Shown here: one piece after another, positions 1 to 9,334 of the stretch
Layout: each line of letters starts with the position of its first letter
How positions within the stretch are numbered: position 1 is the stretch's first letter
NCBI GenBank assembly: GCA_965213625.1
Contig: CBDBZU010000004.1
Location: forward strand, 128,001 to 192,000
Length of the DNA stretch: 64,000 nucleotides
Source: a bacterium
Lineage (GTDB): Bacteria; UBA8248
Direction of reading: 5' to 3'
Program-made: the position numbers and the translations under genes
Notes under the pieces: model-generated
The model's database searches: none
Seen by the model: the letters and a program-made list of their open reading frames with translations, nothing else
Told to the model about the DNA's origin: nothing

Positions 1-387
1 CGCTTCGGGCTCGGTAATGACGATGGCGGGCTTATCCCCCTGGAGCACCATGGGCAGATACTTCTTCTTCTGCTCCTCGGTCCCGTATTTGATGATCGCC
101 CCCACCACGCCCATGTTGCTGTCCACCACGATGCGCCCCGTGATGCCGCAGACCTTGGCCATCTCCTCCACCACCAAAACAGCCTCGATGAGCGGGCGTT
201 CGGGGCCGCCGAATTCCTTGGGGATGTTCATGCCCATAAAGCCTGCATCTGCGAGAATTCGGGCGTTCTCCCAGGGGTATTCCTCGGTCTGGTCCCAGAA
301 CGCCGCTTTGGGCGCTATCTTGCTGGTGGCGATTTCGCGGGCTTTTTTCTGGATTTCCCGTTGAGAGTCGGTGAGGTCGAAGTCCAC
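1..387 (-). CDS. Acyl-CoA dehydrogenase, N-terminal part (runs off window start)
   Basis: Not in the ORF track; translated by hand from GTG at 387 (AAAGGAGG upstream): MDFDLTDSQREIQKKAREIA...WDQTEEYP...GFMGMNIPKEFGG...YGTEEQKKKYLP...AIVITEPEA, a typical ACAD N-domain. Confidence 0.88.
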   Translation of the reverse strand, partial: MDFDLTDSQREIQKKAREIATSKIAPKAAFWDQTEEYPWENARILADAGFMGMNIPKEFGGPERPLIEAVLVVEEMAKVCGITGRIVVDSNMGVVGAIIKYGTEEQKKKYLPMVLQGDKPAIVITEPEA

Positions 388-499
388 CTCGGCCTCCTTT
401 CAGTGATAGTGGAGGAAGGCTTGCGAGAATCCGTTATGCAACGACTCGCACGAGCGCGCAAGGGGGGAGTGGGAACCAGCGGGGTGACCCCCTAGGATT

Positions 500-579
500 G
501 TAGTTGGGACAACCCTTTTGGGTTGTCCTGCCCCCTATAATTGTCCTTCACGAGGACAGGCACAGGGGCCTGTCCCTAC
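500..579. repeat. GTAG-type REP doublet (REPIN-like)
   Basis: GTAG..GGGACAACCC-TTTT-GGGTTGTCC hairpin and an inverted GGACAGGC-ACAGGG-GCCTGTCC-CTAC hairpin in the intergenic space. Confidence 0.65.
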
Positions 580-604
580 GGAATACGTATGGCCAACCCA
601 TCTC

Positions 605-1360
605 CTACTTCCCCGTAAATCGCGGCGGTCTTTTCTCCTTGAAGGCGCGTACGCCTTCTCCTGCGTCCTCGGTCTCCAGAAGGCGTTTCAGGATCACGTC
701 GCCGAAGCGAAGGGCGTCTTCCATCGTCATGTCGCGCGCGCGAACGGTGATCTCCTTGATGGCGCGCACCGCAAGCGGCGCGTTCGCCAGGACCTGCCGC
801 GCGATTTTCTCGGTCTCCTCCAGTACTTTCTCTTTCGGCACCACCTTGTTTACGAGGCCGAGCCTGAGCGCGGTTTCGGCATCGATGGGCTCGCCGGTGA
901 ACAAATGGTAGTGCGCGAGATTGAAGGGCAGTTGCTTCGCCAACAGAATCGGCCCGCTGACGGAAGAGATGCCGCGCATCACCTGGGGCCAGCCGAGTTG
1001 GGTATCCTCGGCCATCACGCGCACGTCGCAGGAGAGCGCGATGCCTGCCCCGCCCGCCAGACAAAACCCGTTGATCGCCGCGAAGCAGGGCTTAAAAAGC
1101 TCCATGATGACCTGATAGAGGTCGGAAACGGGTTTCACTTCCCTGTCCTCGGGCGGCGGCTCGGTGAGGTCGTGCCCACTGGAGAAGGCCTTTCCGTTTC
1201 CCGTAATCAGACAACCCCACACATTTGGATCGCGCTCCATCTCGTCGAAGAGCGCGAAAATGCGCTCGCTCATCTCGTGGTTGATCGCGTTCATCTTCTC
1301 CGGCCTGTTCAGCGTGATGCAGGCCAGCTTGTCTCTCACTTCATATTCGATCAGCGCCAT
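605..1360 (-). CDS. Enoyl-CoA hydratase/isomerase (crotonase) family protein
   Basis: ITLNRPEKMNAIN, AFSSGHDL, AAINGFCLAGG, FKEKRPPRFTGK motifs; the usual catalytic Glu positions appear substituted (GGAG, WPQV). Confidence 0.9.
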   Translation of the reverse strand: MALIEYEVRDKLACITLNRPEKMNAINHEMSERIFALFDEMERDPNVWGCLITGNGKAFSSGHDLTEPPPEDREVKPVSDLYQVIMELFKPCFAAINGFCLAGGAGIALSCDVRVMAEDTQLGWPQVMRGISSVSGPILLAKQLPFNLAHYHLFTGEPIDAETALRLGLVNKVVPKEKVLEETEKIARQVLANAPLAVRAIKEITVRARDMTMEDALRFGDVILKRLLETEDAGEGVRAFKEKRPPRFTGK

Positions 1361-1383
1361 GTCGTTCTCTCCGTTTCATGTGT

Positions 1384-2172
1384 CTAGCCGCCCGGCAGAT
1401 GCGGCATCAGTTCATCGAGCGTCTTGACTTCCAGGTCCGCCGTCACGTCCGGGTCCCCGGCAATCACGCCCCAGCGGTTCACCCATACAGTGTCCATGCC
1501 CACCTTCTGGCCGCCCGCGATGTCCGTTCTCAGATTGTCCCCCACCATCACGGCGTGGCGCGCCTCCACGCCCAGTTCAGCGAGCGCTTCTTCAAAGAGA
1601 AAAGGCTCGGGCTTCCCGAAAAACACCGGCTCCCGGCCAGCCGCCGCCTGAACCGACGCCATGATGGCGCCCCCGCCGAGAGAGAATGAACCGTCCTCGC
1701 TCGGCAATCGAACGTCGGGGTTCATGGCAACGAAATGCGCTCCCCGGCTCACCGCCCGCGCGGCTGCGCTCAGTGTCCGGTAGGTGAGATCCTCATCGAG
1801 ACCGACAAGCACAACATCGGCCTCATCTTCTTCGTCATGCCCCAGTATCTCGAATCCGCCCGATGCGACCGCACGTTTAAGCGAATCCGTCCCCAGCACA
1901 TACGCCCTTCCCGAGCCGAAGTTCTTCCTCAAAAACGAGCCGACCCGGTCCAGCGCGGCCACGATGAGGTTCTCCCCCGGGTCCAAGCCGATTCCCGCCA
2001 TGTGGGCGCGAATTTCCGCAGCCGTGCTGCGGCTGATGTTCGTGATGAAGCGATGGGGGAGGTTTCTCGACTTGATGGCCCGCATCAACTCCCGCCCGCC
2101 GGACATCACCTCGTCTCCGGCGAAGAAGACCCCTTCCAGGTCGAACACGAAAGCCTTTTTGTCATGAAACAT
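1384..2172 (-). CDS. HAD-IIA family hydrolase (NagD-like)
   Basis: FDLEGV motif I, ITN motif II, GKPEP and VGDNLRTDIAGG motifs III/IV. Confidence 0.88.
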   Translation of the reverse strand: MFHDKKAFVFDLEGVFFAGDEVMSGGRELMRAIKSRNLPHRFITNISRSTAAEIRAHMAGIGLDPGENLIVAALDRVGSFLRKNFGSGRAYVLGTDSLKRAVASGGFEILGHDEEDEADVVLVGLDEDLTYRTLSAAARAVSRGAHFVAMNPDVRLPSEDGSFSLGGGAIMASVQAAAGREPVFFGKPEPFLFEEALAELGVEARHAVMVGDNLRTDIAGGQKVGMDTVWVNRWGVIAGDPDVTADLEVKTLDELMPHLPGG

Positions 2173-2182
2173 GACGGGCCCC

Positions 2183-3391
2183 TTAAATCGCCTTGCGTGC
2201 TTTCAGCCTTTCGATTTCCTCATCACTCAGATCGAGCACTTCCATGAGCACTTCTTCGGTGTGCTCGCCCATCAGGGGAGGCGCCGAGGGCGTCGCACCC
2301 CAGGTACCCTCCATCTTGATAGGCGTGTTGAACGTGCGCATCTCGCCGAGTTCGGGGTGGGTCATCTCCACCACCATCTCTCGCGAGCGCGTCTGAGGAT
2401 CGTTGAGCGCTTCGTCGATGCTCTGGATCGGCCCGCAGGGAACGCCGTGCGCCTCGATTCTCTCTATCCAGTGTGCGGCGGTGTTCGTCTTGTAGACTTC
2501 CGATAGCTTGTCGTCCACATATTCTCGATTCTCGAGGCGGGTGGGGCGATCCTTCATCCTCGGGTCGTCCTTCCATTCGGGATGACCCAGCGCGTCGCAA
2601 AGACCATCGAAGAAATGATCCAGAATGGCGTCGAGCACGAGCCACTTGCCGTCCCCGCACTGGTACGCGCCGATGGGAACGGCGGATGCGTGGCCCGTGC
2701 CCATCGGCTTGGCCACGTCGCCCGCCGTCAGATAGTACTGCGAACGGTAGCTTGCGAGATACAACTGGGAATCCAAGAGCGAGACGTCCACCTTCTGGCC
2801 CACACCCGTCCGCTCGCGCTTGTATAATGCCGCCAGAATCCCGTGGGCGGCGAACATGCCCCCGCCCATGTCACCCATGGGAACGCCCAGGCGCACAGGC
2901 GGCCTGCCCGGCTCCCCTGTGAAACTCATGATGCCGCCTCGCCCCTGGATGATGAGGTCGAGCGCGGGCTTATCCTTCTGGGGGCCGGTGAGGCCGTAGC
3001 CGGTGACGGAGGCGCTGATGATGCGCGGATTCACTTTCTTGAGCGTTTCATAATCCGCGCCCAGACGCTCCAAGACGCCGGGGCGATAGTTGTCATAGAC
3101 GACGTCGGAGCGCTTCACCATCTCGCAAAAGACGCGATAGCCCTCCTCGTCCTTCAGATTCAGGAAAATGCCCCGCTTGTTCCTGTTGAGCGCGATGAAA
3201 TAGGCGCTCGTCTCCCCCACGTAGTGCGGCGGCATGGTGCGGACGAGGTCGCCCCTGCCCGGCACTTCTATCTTGATGACGTCCGCACCCAGATCGGCCA
3301 GCACCATGCTGCCGTAAGGACCTGCAAGCAGGGCGGAAAGATCGAGTATGCGCACGCCCTCCAGCGGCTTTTCCAAAACTGATTCCCCCAC
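2183..3391 (-). CDS. Family III CoA-transferase (CaiB/BaiF)
   Basis: PLEGVRILDLS..LAGPY, LNRNKRGI, NYRPGVLERLG, catalytic D in PMGDMGGG, PPLMGEHT. Confidence 0.93.
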   Translation of the reverse strand: MGESVLEKPLEGVRILDLSALLAGPYGSMVLADLGADVIKIEVPGRGDLVRTMPPHYVGETSAYFIALNRNKRGIFLNLKDEEGYRVFCEMVKRSDVVYDNYRPGVLERLGADYETLKKVNPRIISASVTGYGLTGPQKDKPALDLIIQGRGGIMSFTGEPGRPPVRLGVPMGDMGGGMFAAHGILAALYKRERTGVGQKVDVSLLDSQLYLASYRSQYYLTAGDVAKPMGTGHASAVPIGAYQCGDGKWLVLDAILDHFFDGLCDALGHPEWKDDPRMKDRPTRLENREYVDDKLSEVYKTNTAAHWIERIEAHGVPCGPIQSIDEALNDPQTRSREMVVEMTHPELGEMRTFNTPIKMEGTWGATPSAPPLMGEHTEEVLMEVLDLSDEEIERLKARKAI

Positions 3392-3407
3392 GAAAGATGC
3401 GCCGCCG

Positions 3408-3821
3408 CTAAACCGCGCCGGCAGCTGCGTTGTTCCTGATGTATGAGACGACTTCGGTCATTTCCGCATGGTGGTTGAAGACTTCAGCGACGCCTAAGGA
3501 TTTAAGCCCCGCTACGTCACGCTCGAGAATGTTCCCGCCAAAGATAACGAGGCAATCATCGAGGTCCTCTTCCTTGATTCTCGCCATGAGCCTGCGCGCA
3601 ACCCCCATGTAGGAGCCAGAAAGGATGCTCAGGCCGATGACGTCCACGTTCTCCTGGATCGCGACGGCGATAATCTGCTCGACCGTCTGACGAAGCCCTG
3701 AATAGATCACCTCCATGCCGGCGTCTCTCAACGCGTGGATGATGACCTTGACCCCCCTGTCGTGCCCGTCGAGACCCGGTTTCGCCATCAGCACCCGTAT
3801 GCGCTTATTTGTGTTCATCAT
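3408..3821 (-). CDS. Cobalamin-binding small subunit of acyl-CoA mutase
   Basis: AKPGLDGHDRG (DxHxxG), GLSILSG; ATG overlaps the large-subunit stop (TGATG). Confidence 0.93.
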   Translation of the reverse strand: MMNTNKRIRVLMAKPGLDGHDRGVKVIIHALRDAGMEVIYSGLRQTVEQIIAVAIQENVDVIGLSILSGSYMGVARRLMARIKEEDLDDCLVIFGGNILERDVAGLKSLGVAEVFNHHAEMTEVVSYIRNNAAAGAV

Positions 3822-5470
3822 CAAACGACCGACGGCTCCACGTAGGCCCCGAAAGCGCCGCGCATCACTCCTGTCATCTCCCCCACGGTGAGACGCGCGC
3901 GTGCGGACTCCATGAGATAAGGCACCAGATTCTCTTTCGATTCGCACGCCCTGGCCAGCTTTTCGAGTTGCGCAGCCACCTCGCCCGCATTGCGGGCGGC
4001 CTTCACTCGCGCGAGACGCTCTTTTTGTTTTTCGAGCGCCGAATCGTCCACCTCGTAGAGGCCCTCGCCCGCGCTCATGCGGTCTTCCTCTTCAGAAGTA
4101 AACTTGTTCACCCCCACCCACACCTGCTCGCCATCGGCGATCTTTCGCTGATGCTCATAGGCCTGCCGCGCGAGCAGCCTCTGAATTTCGCCGCTCTCGA
4201 TGAAGGGAACGATCCCTCCGCGCGATTCGTAATCATCCACGATGGCCTGAATCTCCTCTTCCACCTGTCCCGTCACGGCTTCCACCGCATAGCTGCCCGC
4301 CAGGGGGTCCACGGTGTCGGCCACGCCACTCTCATGGGCGATGACCTGCTGAATGCGCAGCGCCGTGCGGATGGACTCGTCCGAGGGAATCTCAAAAGCC
4401 TCGTCGAAACACGCCATGTTCACCGAGCGCGTGCCCCCCATGACAGCGGCCAGTGTGTAGAGCGTCTGGCGCACGATGTTGTTGAGCGGCTCGCGCGCCG
4501 CCATGCGGCTGCCGCAATTGCCGGTCGAGAACTTGAGCTGCATGGTTTTGGGGTTTTTCGCGCCGTATTTCTCCTTCATCGTGCGCGCCCAAATGCGCCG
4601 CGCCGCGCGCAGCTTGCCGATGGATTCGAGCAGGTTGAACGGTCCGACGCCGCCGCCGACCGAGAGGTGAAACGACATCGTGGGCACGAAGTCATCCACG
4701 TGGAGGCCGCGCCCGGTCAGCTCTCGTATGTAGGCCAGCGCGTTCAGGATGGGAAAGGCGACGTCCTGCGCGAGGGTGGCGCCCGTCTCGGCGATGTGGG
4801 TTGCCGAGACGCTGATGGCGTTCACCCGCGGGCAGTGCTTCGCGTTGTACTCGATGATATCGGCCACCAGGCGCATGGAGGGTCTCGGGGGGAATATCCA
4901 CGTTCCCCGGCCGATGTATTCCTTGAGCATGTCATTCTGGAAGGTGCCGCGCAGCTTATCGAGCGCGACTCCCTGGCGCTCGGCGGCGATGAGCCAGAAC
5001 GCCTGGATAATGGCGGCTGTGGAGTTGATGGTGTGAGAGACGCTTACCTTATCGAGCGGTATCCCGTCGAAGACGTCCGCCATGTCCTGGGCGGTATCCA
5101 CGGCGACGCCCAAGCGGCCCACGTCGTCCTGCGCCGTCTCGTCGTCCGAATCCAGGCCGAGTTGCGTGGGCAGATCGTAAGCCATGGAGAGGCCCGTCTG
5201 GCCGTTTCCGAGCAGGAAGTGGAACCGCGCGTTGGTGTCCGCAGAGGTGGAAAAACCCGCGTACTGGCGCATCGTCCACAGCGAACCCCTGTACATCGTG
5301 GGGTATATGCCCCGCGTATAGGGGTATTCCCCCGGCGCGCCGAGCTTTTCCCGATATTCCTCATCCGGCGCGTCCGGCCCATAGACCACGGGCACGGGCT
5401 TGCCCGAGTTGTAGGCCGCTTCGCGGATGGGACGCTCTTTTTTCGCGCCGTTATCCTTGGGCTTAGCCAT
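3821..5470 (-). CDS. Methylmalonyl-CoA mutase family, large (substrate-binding) subunit
   Basis: PGEYPYTRG, WTMRQYAGF, GLSMAYDLPTQLGLDSD, QNDMLKE, ALRIQQVIAHESG..DPLAGSY. Confidence 0.94.
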   Translation of the reverse strand: MAKPKDNGAKKERPIREAAYNSGKPVPVVYGPDAPDEEYREKLGAPGEYPYTRGIYPTMYRGSLWTMRQYAGFSTSADTNARFHFLLGNGQTGLSMAYDLPTQLGLDSDDETAQDDVGRLGVAVDTAQDMADVFDGIPLDKVSVSHTINSTAAIIQAFWLIAAERQGVALDKLRGTFQNDMLKEYIGRGTWIFPPRPSMRLVADIIEYNAKHCPRVNAISVSATHIAETGATLAQDVAFPILNALAYIRELTGRGLHVDDFVPTMSFHLSVGGGVGPFNLLESIGKLRAARRIWARTMKEKYGAKNPKTMQLKFSTGNCGSRMAAREPLNNIVRQTLYTLAAVMGGTRSVNMACFDEAFEIPSDESIRTALRIQQVIAHESGVADTVDPLAGSYAVEAVTGQVEEEIQAIVDDYESRGGIVPFIESGEIQRLLARQAYEHQRKIADGEQVWVGVNKFTSEEEDRMSAGEGLYEVDDSALEKQKERLARVKAARNAGEVAAQLEKLARACESKENLVPYLMESARARLTVGEMTGVMRGAFGAYVEPSVV

Positions 5471-5658
5471 CGTCTACTCCCGCGCAAGGGACCACAAAAC
5501 CACTCTCATATGAGAACGAAAAGTAGCAGAAATTCTCCCTATTGATTATCACACTCTCCCCCCAAGGCCAACGAGAGGGACCTGCGCCCATTGACCCGGA
5601 ACGCCCCGGTGGAGAGAATCGAGAAAAACCCGACACCCCTAAAAAGGAGAACCTAAAC

Positions 5659-6438
5659 ATGAGTCAAACTCTATTCGATCTGAGCGGTGCGAAGGCGCTC
5701 ATTACAGGCGCCGCGCGCGGCATCGGACGTACGCTGGCCGAGGGCTTCGCCGCCGCGGGTGCTGACGTCGCCATCGCGGACATCGACATCGAACCCGCCG
5801 GCGAGGCGAAGGAAGCCATCGAGGGCATGGGCCGCAAGTGCGCGCTCATCCAGGCCGACGTGACCAACATGGAATCGGCCGAGCGCATGGTGATAGAAGC
5901 CGCTGCAGCATTGGGCGGCCTGACCATTCTGGTGAACAACGCGGGCACGAACGTGCGGAAAACGCTCTGGGACATCAGCGAGGCGGACTGGGACAGGATC
6001 CTCGACCTGAACCTGAAGAGCATCTTCTTCATCACGCGGCGGGCGGGTGAGGAGATGAAGAAATCGGGCGGCGGCAAGGTGATCAACATCTCATCCTTGA
6101 TGGGCTGGTCCGTCTTCAGGAACCCCCGGCAACAGTGCTACGGACCTTATACGTCCTCGAAGAGCGGCCTCATCGGCCTGACGCGCGTTTTCGCCCGCGA
6201 GTATGCGACGGACAACATCCAGGTGAACGCCATCTGCCCCACCTTCATCGAGACGGAGCTCACCGCTTCCCTGCAGGAAGACGAACTCATCTACGACGCC
6301 ATCTGCGAGAGAACGCCCATGGGCCGATTCGGACAGATGAGCGAACTGGTGGGGCCGGCCATCTTCCTGGCTTCCGAGGCAAGCAGCCTCGTTACCGGCA
6401 CATCGCTCCTGGTGGACGGCGGGTGGTATGCCACCTGA
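5659..6438 (+). CDS. Short-chain dehydrogenase/reductase (KduD/gluconate 5-DH-like)
   Basis: TGAARGIG, NNAG, YTSSK catalytic motif, VDGG; AAGGAG RBS before ATG 5659. Confidence 0.9.
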   Translation: MSQTLFDLSGAKALITGAARGIGRTLAEGFAAAGADVAIADIDIEPAGEAKEAIEGMGRKCALIQADVTNMESAERMVIEAAAALGGLTILVNNAGTNVRKTLWDISEADWDRILDLNLKSIFFITRRAGEEMKKSGGGKVINISSLMGWSVFRNPRQQCYGPYTSSKSGLIGLTRVFAREYATDNIQVNAICPTFIETELTASLQEDELIYDAICERTPMGRFGQMSELVGPAIFLASEASSLVTGTSLLVDGGWYAT

Positions 6439-7681
6439 AGAGGGAGAGCGCGTTCTCCTGTTGATGACGACGGCCACCTACCGCGCGTCCGCCTACATGG
6501 CGGCTGCTCAGGAGATGGGCGTGCGGGTCACGGTGGGAACCGACCGGCCCGACCTTCTGGCCGAGTTGAACCCGGGCGGCTCCATTACGCTCGATTACAA
6601 CGAACCCGAAGCGGGCGCGGCCTTTATCAGCTCGTTCGCAAGTCAGTTTCCGCTCGACGCGATAGCGCCTGTGGACGACGACACGCTCATCTTGGGCGCG
6701 ATGGCCGCCGAAGCGCTGGGGCTGCCTTACCACCCCGTTGAGGCCTCCCGAACGACGCGAAGCAAGTACGAACTCAGAAAAGTACTCTCGGAAGAGGGTC
6801 TGCCCTCGCCCTCGTTCCGCCTGGTTTCCGCGCAGGAGGAACCGGAGAAAATTGCAGAGGGCATCCGCTATCCCTGCGTGCTCAAGCCTACCTTTCTCGC
6901 CGCCAGCCGGGGCGTGATTCGCGCGAACGACGAAGCCGAATTCGCAGATGCCTACCGCCGGGTCGGCGCGATACTCGAAGATCCAGAAACCATCGCCCGC
7001 GGCGGCACCGAGGCGGGGATGATCCTGGTGGAGGATTACCTTGAGGGCATTGAAGTGGCGGTCGAAGGCCTCGTCGTCCGTGGTGAGGTGCACATTCTCG
7101 CGATTTTCGACAAGCCCGATCCGCTCGAAGGTCCTTTTTTCGAGGAAACCATCTACGTCACGCCCTCAAGACTGCCGGATGAGACGCAAAACCGTATCCG
7201 CGAGGAAACCGCCCGCGCCGCCCGCGCCATCCGCCTGCGTGAGGGGCCCCTCCATGCGGAGCTGAGAATCAACGATGCGGGCGAAATCCGGGTGATCGAC
7301 GTGGCGAGCCGCTCCATCGGCGGAAAATGCTCGGGCGCGCTCGAGTTCGGGGGCGGCACCTCGCTCGAATGCCTCATCCTCTCCCAGGCGCTGGGCGTTG
7401 CGCCCCCCTCCATGGAGCGTGAGAAAACCGCATCCGGCGTCATGATGATCCCCATACCCGGCGAGGGGGTGCTCAAGAGGGTAGACGGCAAAGAGGAGGC
7501 CCTGGCCGTGCCCGGAATCGTGGAGGTCGACATATCCATCCACATCGGCGGGCGCGTCGTACCGCTGCCCGAGGGAGAGAGATATCTGGGTTTCATCTTC
7601 GCCAAGGGAGAGCAGCCCGAAGAGGTGGAAGCCGCCCTCCGCGCGGCGCATGAGAAACTCCGCTTCGATATCGGAGAATAG
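6428..7681 (+). CDS. ATP-grasp domain protein (L-amino acid ligase-like)
   Basis: YPCVLKP, ASRGV, VEDYLEGIEVAVEG, HAELR motifs; overlaps the SDR stop. Confidence 0.82.
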   Translation: MPPEEGERVLLLMTTATYRASAYMAAAQEMGVRVTVGTDRPDLLAELNPGGSITLDYNEPEAGAAFISSFASQFPLDAIAPVDDDTLILGAMAAEALGLPYHPVEASRTTRSKYELRKVLSEEGLPSPSFRLVSAQEEPEKIAEGIRYPCVLKPTFLAASRGVIRANDEAEFADAYRRVGAILEDPETIARGGTEAGMILVEDYLEGIEVAVEGLVVRGEVHILAIFDKPDPLEGPFFEETIYVTPSRLPDETQNRIREETARAARAIRLREGPLHAELRINDAGEIRVIDVASRSIGGKCSGALEFGGGTSLECLILSQALGVAPPSMEREKTASGVMMIPIPGEGVLKRVDGKEEALAVPGIVEVDISIHIGGRVVPLPEGERYLGFIFAKGEQPEEVEAALRAAHEKLRFDIGE

Positions 7682-7689
7682 GCCCAAAG

Positions 7690-7715
7690 AAAAAAGGCCG
7701 GCCAAGAGGCCGGCC
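7690..7715 (-). terminator. Intrinsic terminator between convergent genes
   Basis: GGCCGGCC-AAGA-GGCCGGCC stem with an A-run (U-tract on the minus strand). Confidence 0.6.
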
Positions 7716-7738
7716 CTTCATCTTCCAGTGAGGAAAAC

Positions 7739-8287
7739 TTACTTTTTCGTCGGCGCGTAGTAGGGGTTCGCACCCGAGGCGTGGTCGGTGGTGTCGATCA
7801 CCTGAATCTCGGGGTCGAGCTGCTGCAGGCGCGCCTCGACGCCTGACTTGAGCGTCACGTCCGCCATGCCGCAGCCCGCGCAGCCGCCGCCCATCTGCAC
7901 GAACACGCGCTTTTCCTCTACGTCCAACAGGTTGATAACGCCGCCGTGGGACGCGACGGCCGGGTTGATCTCCGTGTCGATGATCTCCTGAATCTGCTCC
8001 AGGAGGGACGTATCGCCCTCCGTCATCTCGCGCGTCACCTTGAACCCGCTCGTGGGGCCTTCGGTCACGAACTCGATCTGGGCCTTCTCCGCTCTGTCGA
8101 CATGATCGGGCGAGGCGAAGACACCCAGCAGAGGGTTCTCCACCCGGATGTACTCGGCCGCATCCTCATCCTTCACCAGGTCGAGCTTGTAGCCGCCCTC
8201 GAAGCTGATGAGAATTCCGGCGAAGCCCCCGCCGTTTTGCTCCATGATTTCCTTGACTTTACCGGCTGCCGCCTCGGTTATCTTCAT
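7739..8287 (-). CDS. nfuA: Fe-S cluster carrier NfuA-like
   Basis: Degenerate A-type N-domain (ITEAAA) plus NifU-C domain INPAVASHGG..MGGGCAGC..DTTDH..G.NPYY. Confidence 0.85.
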   Translation of the reverse strand: MKITEAAAGKVKEIMEQNGGGFAGILISFEGGYKLDLVKDEDAAEYIRVENPLLGVFASPDHVDRAEKAQIEFVTEGPTSGFKVTREMTEGDTSLLEQIQEIIDTEINPAVASHGGVINLLDVEEKRVFVQMGGGCAGCGMADVTLKSGVEARLQQLDPEIQVIDTTDHASGANPYYAPTKK

Positions 8288-8436
8288 GACATCACTCCCG
8301 AATGATTTGTCTCGTATATATGCGCCAATTCCCCATACCCCTCAAGAATACCACGGCGTGCGCAAAAGGCAAAAGATAAAACACATGGCGCAACGAATCC
8401 CAAATTCCGCCGACCCTGGAATGCGTAGATGATTGG

Positions 8437-9294
8437 CTACAGCGGCGTACGCGCCTTGATGTCCTCTTCGGTCACGTCGCCCATGTAGACGTAACCCGTC
8501 TCCTCCACGCTCCCGCTGCCGATGTAGATGCCCACCGCCTCGATGGGATCGGTATCGCTCAGGTTGTGGAGCCAGTGCTCCACCCCTTTGGGGATATAGT
8601 GGAAGTGACCGCCGCGCACCTCGACGCGGTCGGGCCCCGCGCCCGCCAGGCCGTGGCCGCTGATGATGTAGTAAATCTCCTCGCAGTTGTCGTGCCTGTG
8701 CTTCTTGTGAATCGCGCCCGGGAAGAACCGCGCGCGGAACAGCGTCGTATCGCTGCCGTTGTGACTCCCCAGAGGGAGCCTGAAGTCGGTGATCGACCAG
8801 CCTTCGCCCTCGTTCATGTTCTCGGGGGGCACGTCGTCGAGGTGCACGAGGATTCCCTCGGTCAGCCCCTCGCGCGGCATGTCGAGGTCGGCCCGGGTCA
8901 CGTCGCCGTGGAACTCATAGCCCGTGCCCGCCACGCTCGGCGCGCCGAGGTAGAAGCCGACCACCATCGCCTCCTCGTCTTTCGTCTCGTTGTAGAAGAA
9001 ATGCGTCGACCCCTTCGGCATGAGGCGGCAGTGGCCCTCGCGCACCTCGGCGCGTTGGTCGCCCTGGCCGACCACGCCGTTTCCCTTCAGGTAGACCGCG
9101 ATTTCCTCGCACTCGGTATGGAGATGCTTCGCGTGGGTGGAGCCAGGCCGGAAGATGGAATGAAAGACCGTCGTCGAGCTTCCGTGCGCGCCTGTGATGG
9201 GCAGGCGGAACTCCGAGATCGCCCAGCCTTCCTTTTCTTCCATCTTCTCGGGCGTGACGTCGTCGACGTGGATCAGGGGGTATTGAAGCGGCAT
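8437..9294 (-). CDS. Bicupin protein (paralog 1)
   Basis: Two cupin motifs HAKHLHTECEE and HKKHRHDNCEE..IPKGVEH; start chosen at ATG 9294 after GAGGA. Confidence 0.8.
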   Translation of the reverse strand: MPLQYPLIHVDDVTPEKMEEKEGWAISEFRLPITGAHGSSTTVFHSIFRPGSTHAKHLHTECEEIAVYLKGNGVVGQGDQRAEVREGHCRLMPKGSTHFFYNETKDEEAMVVGFYLGAPSVAGTGYEFHGDVTRADLDMPREGLTEGILVHLDDVPPENMNEGEGWSITDFRLPLGSHNGSDTTLFRARFFPGAIHKKHRHDNCEEIYYIISGHGLAGAGPDRVEVRGGHFHYIPKGVEHWLHNLSDTDPIEAVGIYIGSGSVEETGYVYMGDVTEEDIKARTPL

Positions 9295-9334
9295 AGACAA
9301 GTTCCTCACAAAATGGATGTTCTACAGGGAATAT

